Assembly (NCBI GenBank): GCA_036172245.1
Contig: JAYWIR010000011.1
Span: 4,588,001-4,644,913 of the forward strand
Direction: 5' to 3'
DNA length: 56,913 nucleotides
Origin: Raillietiella orientalis
Taxonomy: Eukaryota
Position numbers and translations under genes: made by a program. The notes below the pieces were generated by a model, which did no database searches, had not been told where the DNA came from, and was given only the letters and a program-made list of their open reading frames with translations. Below are positions 1 through 9,355 of the stretch, in pieces (position 1 is the first letter of the stretch; each line of letters begins with the position of its first letter).

Positions 1-1407
1 AAGTACCTTGGCGTTCCGTTGGGGGACTTCTGCGTTGCAGAAGCCTGGTCAGGTCGTCTCCAAAAAGTGGAGTCAGCGATCGGCCCGTTTCTGGAAGGCA
101 AGCTTCACTTGCAGGAACGGGCCGCGGTGTGGAACGCGTTCGCGGCCCCCCTCCTTCGCCCCCTACTTTTTGTTTGCCCCGTACCCCGTGAATTGAGAAA
201 AAGAACGAAGGACCTCCTACGTATCGCCCTGTGGGGAGGCGGGAGGCCTCGTGTGCCTCTTAAAGACTTGTGCGCTCCACGTCGGGACGGAGGTCTCAGC
301 GTACTGACGATGGAGCGAATGGAAACACAGCTGCGGTGGCGTACTCTAGCCATCGCAGCGAAGATGTGGAGCACCCCTTGGTGCGTACCGGCCCGCCTTC
401 TCGCCAGACGTGTGTCCGGGACTGAAGGACTCGCGTCTTTTCTTCTGTGCCCCGGCCGGAAAAAAAGAAGATGCGGACTTCTCCTGGGACGCATGGCCAC
501 CCTGGCAAAGGAGAACGCGTGGATGACCTGCAGCCCTGCCAACTCCAGCGCATGGCTGGAAGAAACAGTTGGAACGTGGGCAAAGATAAACAATATCAGT
601 GAAGAATCCTGCAACGGCCTGCGTACCGGCATCTACACCCGCTGCACGCTGCGGAACATGATCGTGTGTCCCGCCAGAAGCACATGGGCGGAGACGACCC
701 CACTGGCCACGGCGCTACCCTTCCTACGGAGGGCGCTCCAAAATATTCGGAAGCCGAGATGGCAAGTCTCCTGCCGGATAGCGGGCAAAGAGAAGGATCT
801 GACTGGGTGGACCATGAGGGAACTGGCTGACGCCGCGACCCCAAGAATTCACCCGCATGGACTACGGAGATGGGGCGAGCTGCTTGGCATCCCGACGGAT
901 GACCTAGAGTGGCCCCCGTCGTTCATTGATTCATCAATCCTCCCCCTAAAGTGGCAGGAAACGGCGCTGTTGTTGTTGCACTGGGGTCTTCCCTGCAACG
1001 CGCGCCGCCACCACTGGACGTGGGGGAATGTTAAACAGAACTGTGCAGTGTGCGGGGAGAAGGAATCCCTCCCCCATCTGTTAGTGGACTGCGGTGCCCT
1101 CCGGCCCTTGTGGGAAAGTTTTGCTACGATTCTTTCAATGCCGGTAGGCAGCACCCCCAGAGACGTTATGAGACTCCTCTTCGTGCGACACGCCCTGACA
1201 CCAGCCTCAGCCCTGGCAGCACTTTGCTGCCTCCGAGGGATTGTGGCCGCGTGGAGCGCAGCCAACAGAGGAAGCAGCGACAGGGATCCCATCGTACACG
1301 CTGGTCGATACCTGCGAATCGCGATCGGCTGGTCCCATCTGGGAACAATGAAGAGGGACCTCGAGGGCATCCTCGAAAGGATGGTCTCTTCCTCCAGCGG
1401 GCTGTGA
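1..1407 (+). CDS. LINE ORF2 C-terminal part (end of RT, KYLGVP, through zinc finger CAVC..HLLVDC); open from window edge
   Basis: Uninterrupted frame from base 1 (KYLGVPL) to TGA at 1405-1407. Confidence 0.85.
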   Translation, partial: KYLGVPLGDFCVAEAWSGRLQKVESAIGPFLEGKLHLQERAAVWNAFAAPLLRPLLFVCPVPRELRKRTKDLLRIALWGGGRPRVPLKDLCAPRRDGGLSVLTMERMETQLRWRTLAIAAKMWSTPWCVPARLLARRVSGTEGLASFLLCPGRKKRRCGLLLGRMATLAKENAWMTCSPANSSAWLEETVGTWAKINNISEESCNGLRTGIYTRCTLRNMIVCPARSTWAETTPLATALPFLRRALQNIRKPRWQVSCRIAGKEKDLTGWTMRELADAATPRIHPHGLRRWGELLGIPTDDLEWPPSFIDSSILPLKWQETALLLLHWGLPCNARRHHWTWGNVKQNCAVCGEKESLPHLLVDCGALRPLWESFATILSMPVGSTPRDVMRLLFVRHALTPASALAALCCLRGIVAAWSAANRGSSDRDPIVHAGRYLRIAIGWSHLGTMKRDLEGILERMVSSSSGL

Positions 1408-1589
1408 TCCCTTCCCGGCCCTCCAAATAGTTTCTTTTCGTTTATTTCTTTTATTTTTCTTTTCGTTTTTAGCCCCTACTTCCTCCGCTGCCGAGGAGAG
1501 TCAAGCCGGCCTGCAAGTCGGCTTCCTGGCAGGTCCAAAGAACTATTGGCCGTAGCAGGGCCTCGTACCGCGAAAACATAGTGTTTAGC

Positions 1590-1619
1590 AATAAACGCCC
1601 CGGCGTGACCGGGTGAAAA
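1590..1619 (+). terminator. Element 3' terminus: AATAAA + CCCGG/CCGGG hairpin
   Basis: aataaacgccccggcgtgaccgggtgaaaa. Confidence 0.75.
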
Positions 1620-2087
1620 CTCCCCCGGAAACACGGTTCGTCCGCTGGTTGGAGTAAAAACCCCAATGCACCAGCATGATGACGTCCTGCTTCCACGAAA
1701 GGGGGAACACAGAAGTGTTCAAACAGGAGGGAGGGACCACAAGTTCTTCGGGGGGCACACTCAAGTGTTCACTCCACCGAAGGAGTCCCTTCGAGATGTG
1801 GCGAGGCATGGCGGCGTCTGCCAGCTCGCAAGTCCTCCAGCCTCCTATGGGTGGTGTTCCTCCTGCGATGGTGCAGGCGACCTCCCATCTCGCCGGTTCG
1901 CAGCTGTCATCTCTTGCCCTGAGGGCTGACAGTGCGTCGGCGAGGGGGGTGAGGACCAGGCCGGTCCACTTCTCCTGGCTGTTGCACACCTCGTCCACCG
2001 TGCAATACGGGGACAGGTGAGCGCAACGAAGTTCCAGGAGGGAAACATCCTGGTGCTTTGCCCAGCCATGCAACGGTTCATGCCGCC
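1618..2087 (-). pseudogene. Inverted ORF2 fragment of a family C element
   Basis: Minus frame ..ARWEVACTIAG..GLLRWSEHL..VHWGFYSN..VSGGV, homologous to about 19520-19990. Confidence 0.85.
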
Positions 2088-2683
2088 TTTCCGGGGGAGT
2101 TGTCTCCCCAAACTGTAAGCGGTGCGGGGAAGTGGAAACGCTCCCGCACCTGCTTTTGGACTGCGGTGTCCTCCAAGAACTGTGGCGGAGGCTGGCCTCA
2201 GCTCTCCTGCACCAGGGGGACACTGCGAGGGACTTGATGCGCCGCTTCTTCACGCCAGGCGGCCTGTCCTTAGGTGCTGTCAACGCAACGGTCTGTTGCA
2301 CCCACGCCATCGACAAGGCCCACCGAGAGTTGGAGAAGCTGGCCATCGTTCGTCAGCTCACCGATTAGCCAGCACAAGCATGTCGTTGGCTCACGAGTGA
2401 GCATATCTGCCACAGGTCGTAAGGAGAGAGATCGCCGGCATCCATCGCCGGTTTTCAAAGGAAGGAACGGACTCACCAAAGACCCCTGTCCCCTGGCCTC
2501 CATATTTTTATTTTTATTTCTTATAGTAGTGTATTTGTGGTCCCCTCCCTCCCGTTCCGGACTTTCGGCATACCGACCTGCGTGTCGGGGATCCCACCCC
2601 CTTCGTCTCTTGTTTTCCCCTTTGTCCAGGAACTCTGTTCCCGGATAGTTTTTAATAAACGCCCCGGCGCACCCGGGTGATAA
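2088..2683 (+). mobile_element. Copy K (family C): zinc-finger end of ORF2, 3'UTR and terminus
   Basis: SGGVVSPNCKRCGEVETLPHLLLDC; terminal aataaacgccccggcgcacccgggtgataa at 2654-2683. Confidence 0.85.
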
Positions 2684-2726
2684 ATAGCCGCCATCCGGAG
2701 ATTTGTTTGATCTCTTGCGCTCGCCC
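2684..2726 (-). pseudogene. 43-bp remnant of an AP endonuclease domain
   Basis: Minus frame GRAQEIKQISGWRL matches AQEIERIAGGRL of other copies. Confidence 0.65.
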
Positions 2727-2789
2727 AGTGCAGACGTGTTTTCGCGTCTCTCCGCGTCCGCGATCGAGCATCTTTGTGCGTGCGTTTTT

Positions 2790-3150
2790 GCTCGCACTTG
2801 TGTGTTTCTTGGAAGTGGACGAAGCAGCGTTGTGCAGCATGGCCATTTCTGGGAATGGTATGGAGGAGTCAGCCGGTGAATTGAATTCAATTGGAATGGA
2901 AGCAATGACATCCTCCGTGACGGTTTCCTCGCCTTTGGTGAGGAGCTACGCCGCCGTCACCTCCCAGGGAACTTCGCTCGCACTTGTTTGTTCCTGTGCA
3001 ATCTGCCAAGTAGCATAGTGCAACATGGCCACTACACAGGATAGTGTGGAGGAGCAATCCACTGGATGCACTTCAGCTGCAGTTGATGTGGCCGCATCCT
3101 CCGTAATGGTTTCCTCGCCCCCAGTGAGGAGTTACGCCGCCGTTACCTCA
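2790..3150 (+). repeat. Diverged 186-bp tandem duplication of 5'UTR end and ORF1 start
   Basis: gctcgcacttg at 2790 and 2976; ATG at 2839 and 3025; VRSYAAVTS twice. Confidence 0.85.
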
Positions 3151-4270
3151 AAAAGACCAGGACCCTGCGATGCGGAGTTCCTGGCATATGTGTCATCAAA
3201 ATACATGCCTGCACTCCGTTATAAGGTTAGTGGTCCCCTCAACAGGAGAATCGGTCGTGAGCTCAATGATGAGCTCGTCCGGAACGGAGTTCGCGAAGAA
3301 GAACTCCTTGCCATAGTGCCTGCTGGCAGGAAGTAATATACAAAGATTCTGTGCAAGAACCCTGACCTTGTGCAGCGCCTTCTCCGTAAAACGTTGACCA
3401 TCAATGGCAAGGAAGTCCCACCTACCGCGATGGACGACTCTTTTGTCGTTCCATTGTGCGACATCGAACCGGAAATCTTCGACAGCGATGTTGTAAGCGT
3501 GCTGGCGAAGTTCGCCACCGTGCACGCCCTGTGGAGGAGGCCGAAACCTTTGAAGGATTTATCCTTTGCACACATCGGACAAGCCTTCGCGCGGATCACC
3601 ATCGCGAACAGGCGTGTTGTGCCTGAGCAGCTGCAGGTGAACGGCACGGTCGTTCACCTGTCGTTCATAGGCCAGAGTCGCGCGTGCGAGCAGTGCGGCA
3701 AGGATGGGCACCGAATTAAAGAGTGCCCCTCTACAAGATGCCGCGATTACAAAGATTCCGGGCACGAAATCAAAAAGTGCCCCATACTTGCAAGAAAAAG
3801 AGCCGCAGCGGAAATTCTTTGGGTTCAAGAGACCACTGCACCAAAAGCCGCAGCGGCAAGTGAAATACGTCGTCCGCAAAAACTCGGAAAAAGCAACGAG
3901 CGATCCGCGGATAAAAAGAAAGCAACCCCGCCCGCAATGCCTACAAAGGGGAAAGTCACGGCGGGGGAGCCAATTAAAAAGGGCCGCGAAGGTTTGACGC
4001 GTGCCGTGTTCTCCCTTGCTGCCTAACTCGCAGGCACCTCTCCGAGCCAGGAACCAGGAAATCTCCGTAACACCCTGGAGGGAAAGGTAGGAAAACAGGA
4101 AGATCGCAACAGTGCGAAGACTTCTTGCCCCCTTCCGTTGTCCCTTCCGAGTTCCGGACAGCCCCACCGCAGCGCAGGTTCCTCTGCAAAGGCTATGAAA
4201 GCCGTAAAAAACAGCGTCGCGACGAGCAAAAGCACGCTGCATGCAGTCGCCCCATCGCTGACTCGGCAGT
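3025..4270 (+). pseudogene. ORF1 (gag-like, CCHC knuckles), stop-interrupted
   Basis: ORFs 3025-3336 and 3370-4026 in the same frame; zinc knuckle present. Confidence 0.8.
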
Positions 4271-7200
4271 TTTCCCAAGTATCACGAGGGGTGAGGTAAA
4301 TTTATGTTTTTTAAAATTTCTCTATAAAAACATGCACACTGCAATCTCTTCCATACCATTAGCACTTTTTTTTTTACCACTATGAAGTCCTTGGGTTCTT
4401 ACAAGTTCTGCACTAATGGTGGGTTTCCAGATGTTTGGTCCCGGGCGTCGTCTTCTATCCTCTTCAGGATGAATCAGTACGTCCAGGCTTGGATTTTCCT
4501 ACAGTTTCTAATGCCGATTTCCCTCTTCAGGAGCACTTGTAGGATCTCCATCGGTGGTGCGGCTCTTCTGGCTTTCCTCATTTTCCACCACCGCACAAGT
4601 ATGGCGGTGATGAAGAGGGCCATGGTCGTCCTCATCATGGGATTGTAACAGGGAACATTACCATCCCCCTGAAACATCCCGGCGAGGATCTCCATTACGG
4701 ATATGTTCGTAAGTACGATGATCCTTTTCAGGATCAGCCAGTCATGCAGCAGTGTGGGACACGTCAAGACGTGAAGTCTGGTGTCGTCGTCTCCACATGC
4801 TGCGCAGTCTCGGTCTTCCCGTCTTCCTGTAAAGTGCTGCAATCGGGACCCACTCTGGATTCCTCCGTGATAAAACATCAGGAGGTGATCCTGGGTGCCC
4901 GGCGGAAGGTCACTCCTTCAGAGCGTCGTGCCAATCGCTAACAGGTTGATCCGGTCACTCCCGTAGCGAACGGCGGCTTCCTGCAGGGCACTAATATCAC
5001 TGTGTTCTTCTTGAATTAGTCTTCGGAGGTTTGTTTTGGTTACCCTGGACCACGCAAAGTCGTTGTGATTGAACCACACTTGGCGAGTCATGTGGGTAAA
5101 CCTTTCTAACATCATCTCTATATACCTAAGTATGCGAGTGTGATGTAGGTAATGTCCTCGTTTCCGCTCCTGGATTCGTTGAAGGGTAAATCTGCACCGC
5201 TGGAGGATCCAGCTTCTCGTGTCCGGCGGGACAGGAAGCATCGAAGGGATCACCAGGATGGACTCGTCCTGCCAGAGTTCCCTACTTCTAGGCACGATCT
5301 TGATTTTGTGCTTTCGCAACAGCCGTTGCTTCCCCGTCCAGATTGGGTCGATTTAATTCCAGTCGCCTGCTCGGCCTAGCAGCGCAGTCATCAGGCCTTT
5401 CGATTTGTTCAACAACAACGCGTAGGCCTTGTGCGCCGCATACGGCCAGTCATCCCAGTGAGTGGCAATGTCCAGGATGTGTCGCGTATCGATGTTTTCC
5501 ATGGAATGTGCAGGCGTTTTCATCCCGGAACCGCCTTCTTCCCTGGGACGACACAGGGGTTTTAGTCGAACTTTTAGGCGATAGTGGCCCCACAGTGTTT
5601 TTCTCTGCAGCTTGTCGAACTCCCTCGTGGTGTCCTTGTTCATCCTCGCGAAGGCCGCCCCGAAGAGCACTTTTGGAAGGAGTACTCCGTTTTATATGTT
5701 GGCCTTGCGCTTCATTCCAAGGTCCGTTCGGGTGTACTTGGCTGCTTCCTTGGCCGTTTTCCCTAGGATCTCGGTCCACAATAGGTTCGACGCGGAGACG
5801 TTTCCAATGTAGACACCCAGGTACTTGACCTTCTCCACCGTTCGAAATCCTCTCCCCGCTAGAGCGGAGAGATCGAGGATTCCAACGGGCAAGAGCTGGC
5901 TTTTCTGAGCGTTGATCTTTAGAGCCAGGCCTTTATCTATCAGGTCTACCACATCCAGAAACGCTCGTTGATTTCTCTATCCCTTGATAAAGAAGAGAAG
6001 ATCATCAGCGTATGCTAGATAAGTAAGACGCTGGCCATCGATTGTAATGCCTTGCAGTCGCCCGCTCTTCTCGATAAAGGACGACAACGCCTCCATGTAG
6101 ATGACGAACAGCATCGGACCAAGTGAATCGCCCTGCCGGACTCCCCGTTGTATCCGCATTACTGCCGTCTCCTGGTCGTTGATTTTGATTTGGCAGTACT
6201 GATTCTGGAGTACCACCCTCACGAAGTTGCTGAAGTGTTCCGGAAGGCCAGGCTTCTTCAGAACCTTCAGAACCCTCCCATGGTCAATGGAGTCGAAAGC
6301 CTTCTCCATGTCAGTGAACACTATCGCCAGGTTCTCTCCGAAGTATCGGCTGAGTCCGACGGTGGCCTGGGCACACTTGACATTGTCCGACAAGTGACGT
6401 CCAGGGACTGCACACGTTTAGACCGGAAAGGGGAGCTTCGACATGACCCTGTCTAAGCGGTTGGACCAAATCTTCGCCAACCACTTGGCATCGGAGTTCA
6501 GGATTGAGATTGGCCTCCATTGAGCGATCTGGGTTGGGTCGCCTCCTTTCGTCATCAATCTCATCCTACTCTCGTTGAAGGACTCAGGTAGACTGAGTTC
6601 TTTACGGATGCAGAAGGTCAACTGGTTCAACAAGCGCAAGTAGGCATGGAGGTACCGCTGATAGTGCCTGATGGGTACACTGTGAGGGCCCGCCGCCACA
6701 TTCTTCCGCAGTTGTCCAAAAGCAGCCTTCACCTCGTTTCCGGAGAATTCCTCCTTCATTCTGTTCCTCTGGAGGTCGTGGGTCCTCTTCTCGAGATAGC
6801 TCAGAAAGGCTTGTAGACTAGAGCGACAGAGATGTTGTCGCCTGAGGTGTTTCGTGTAATGCCTGTGAAACGCTTCCACGATGTCCTCAGACGACTGTCG
6901 CTTTTGACCGTCGTACTGGATGAAGAAGATATCTGTTGCCAGATTTCTCTTCTCCAGCACGCCGACTTCGCTTTTTATGTTGCTGAAGACGTACTGACTC
7001 TCGTATTGATCGAAGCACTTTGAGAGTGAGCGATCTTGGATGTACAGCTCTCGGTACGCCTCCTGCCTAAAGCGTCTATCCCCGAATTGCATATTTGCAA
7101 ACAGATGTATCCTGTGTTTCAAGCTGTCGCAGTCGGCGAATCTTCTGATCTTTGTGGTCTTCAGAATCGTCTCTAGGAGCTCCTGAAACCCAGGATGTGT

Positions 7201-8160
7201 CTCGAACCAGGCGTACATGCTGATTAGCGCCGCCCTGGTGCCTTGCCTCCGCCAAGGATTCTCCGTTCTTAGGGAAAACCGCACCAGGGGGTGATCGGAC
7301 ACCGTAGTCATAGTGTCGCGAAACCCCTGGATGCGGTTCCCAAGTTCGGTGCTGTGCAGGACGTGATCGATTGGCTTGTGGCTTGCTGTTCGCCAGACCA
7401 GTCCGAACTCCTCGGATAGCCGTCGATAAGCCGTCCTTCCTCTGGCGTCTTCCGAATGAATGATCTCATCCAAGATGTTGAGATCGCCAGCAACAAGCAC
7501 GACGTCCTTAGGGGCGACCCTTTGCCGGAGTGTTGCATGCAGCGCCTCCGCACAACGATGTTTTAGCCTGTGCGGCCCGTATACGTTCACCAGGATAAGG
7601 TGAACAGTCGCGGACCAGGCCAGTCGCACGCCGATGATTCGTCCGGGTTGGGGACAGAACACTTCTAGAATAGTGGGATCCAAGTGGTTCTTGATGTGGA
7701 CCGCCACACCCTGCGTGTTCCGTTTTCCCTCGCTGACGAACATCTGCCCGTTGAATCGCCGTTCCATTTGCTGACTAATCTCGAGACCCATCTTCTGGAT
7801 CTCCTTCAGGCACACTATGTTTTTTTGTGCGATGGTCCGCAAAATCCTTTTTTTTTCCCCGGTGGACCACACCGTTTACATTCCAGAAGGCGGTGTTCTT
7901 TCTCCTGGGAGTCGATAGGGAAGAGGCCATAAAAGGGGAATACCTATTTCTTGACCTTCCTGAGCTTCTTCTGTCTGAGAGAGCGTGCTCTTCCAGACAA
8001 TGAAGAAGCAGCGGGCTTCTCGGAGCCTGCGTCACTCTTCATTCCTGTGAGGTCGGTTATTTCCGCCTCCTCCGTCGAGTGTTCGGCCCGCGCGATCAAT
8101 TTTCGAGATAGCGCCTCTATCTCGAAATCTCTCTATCTCTCCTCTCTCTCTATTCTCTAG
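4271..8160 (-). mobile_element. Copy I, divergent lower-GC LINE lineage, 5'-truncated inside ORF1
   Basis: FWNVNG, NVYGP, AGDLN, SDH, WRPISILNSD, DMEKAFD, GVRQGD, YADD, KYLG, CAAC..HVLTC; charged ORF1 tail at 7944-8160. Confidence 0.9.
4474..7930 (-). pseudogene. ORF2 (APE + RT + zinc finger) of copy I, several frameshifts and stops
   Basis: Split over ORFs 6418-7872, 5977-6393, 5692-5952, 5353-5670, 4918-5319, 4474-4878; ATG at 7930 (MASSLSTPRRKNTAFWNVNG). Confidence 0.85.
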
Positions 8161-9355
8161 CTGCACTTGGGGAGGAGCACCCGATTACGTGCAGTACAGT
8201 TGAGGCCGGTGGCGACCGCGCCCTCCAGCCCGTCGTGCTGCTTACTGCCCGCTCGCCGGGTGAGGCGAGCTCCACGGCCTCGCTTTCCCAGCCGTAATGA
8301 GGGCAATCGCGTCTTCTCGTCGTGTTGCGTAACGTCTTAAAATGTCAACGGGCTCCAACACGAGGAGAAGAGGCGACTAGTGGTTGACGCTCTGCGCGCC
8401 TTCGACTTGACGCTCCTGCAGGAGATTCACAGCATCTCCGGAGAGCAGACTGCCGAAATCGAACGGCGCGCGGGCGGAACGCTACTTTATAAATGCGGCG
8501 TTGCAGGTACGTGCGGCGTCGCTTTCCTCGTGCGAGGAAAGTTGGCGGAAGCGGTGTGCAGCGTTTCTTGCGACACGGAAGGCCGACTGGGACAGCTTGT
8601 ATTCAAGTGGTCCGACTCGATCGACTTTGTCTTATCCAACGTGTACGCGCCGAGCGGTGCTGGACGATGGGCCGAAAGGATTGAGTTCTTCGGTACACTT
8701 CAAAGCCAGTGGCTCACTCGATCTCACCCTACTGTAGTTCATCTCATTGCGGGGGACTTTAAAGTCCACCTGCTTTCCGAGAATACATCCCACAAAAGGG
8801 AAGAGTTGCAAGCGGAAGAGATGTACGCGTCCGTGCACGCGTGCAACTAGTTCGCTAGCGACCCTGTCATGACAGCAACCCTGGACCACGTATATCTAGA
8901 TGAACACTTGCTCTCTCACGTAGGACCGAGAGGTCCCGTGCCGTCAGTGCTTTCAGACCACAACAGGCTCGAGGTCGTGTTGCTCCCGCAGGCAAGAGGC
9001 CTCCAAACTGTTTTTGGACGATGCCGGCAGACTGGCTAAGCCATCTGGAGGCATCTGAGCATCTTCGTTAGTACCTTCTCGGCATTGCCATGAGTGAGAT
9101 CAAGGAATAAGACGATCTGAAAAGATCGGTCCGCGTGTTCTGCTGCCGGTTTCCCTTGCACCAGCTTGCGCGCGGCTTCGGAGAGGGCATAGCCAACAGC
9201 AGAGATTTTTTGCCGGGTAGCTCCTTTTCCAGACGCGCGGATGTTGGTCGATTATCTGAGTACAAGGCCAAGGCCTAGTGCCAGGCCTATCAGTGAGGAG
9301 CGACAGTTCTTTTCGACGACCTGGACCGGGAATGCTCGGCTCCAGCCAACGTTCG
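8161..9355 (+). mobile_element. Family C continuation (C'): ORF1 tail and decayed APE region of ORF2
   Basis: TAATG at 8295-8299; LLQEIH, NVYAP, AGDF, SDH; ends at SAPANVR where the E terminus begins. Confidence 0.85.

Larger units (their letters stand above)
1..1619 (+). mobile_element. Non-LTR retrotransposon copy A (family F), 3' part; 5' part lies outside the window
   Basis: ORF2 C-terminal half, then TGATCCCTTCCC, T-rich tract, 3'UTR stem-loop and AATAAA-hairpin terminus; protein similar to 32102-34910. Confidence 0.9.
2727..4270 (+). mobile_element. Copy C' (family C), 5'UTR and ORF1, interrupted by element I
   Basis: 5' motif agtgcagacgtgttttc; ORF1 YMPALRYKVSG..CEQCGKDGHRIKEC similar to 14956-16782. 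Confidence 0.85.

Noticed and set aside
4275..4305. snRNA-like sequence (U1-like ttacct) as target of element I
   Set aside because: Only a few bases resemble U1; no extended match or structure
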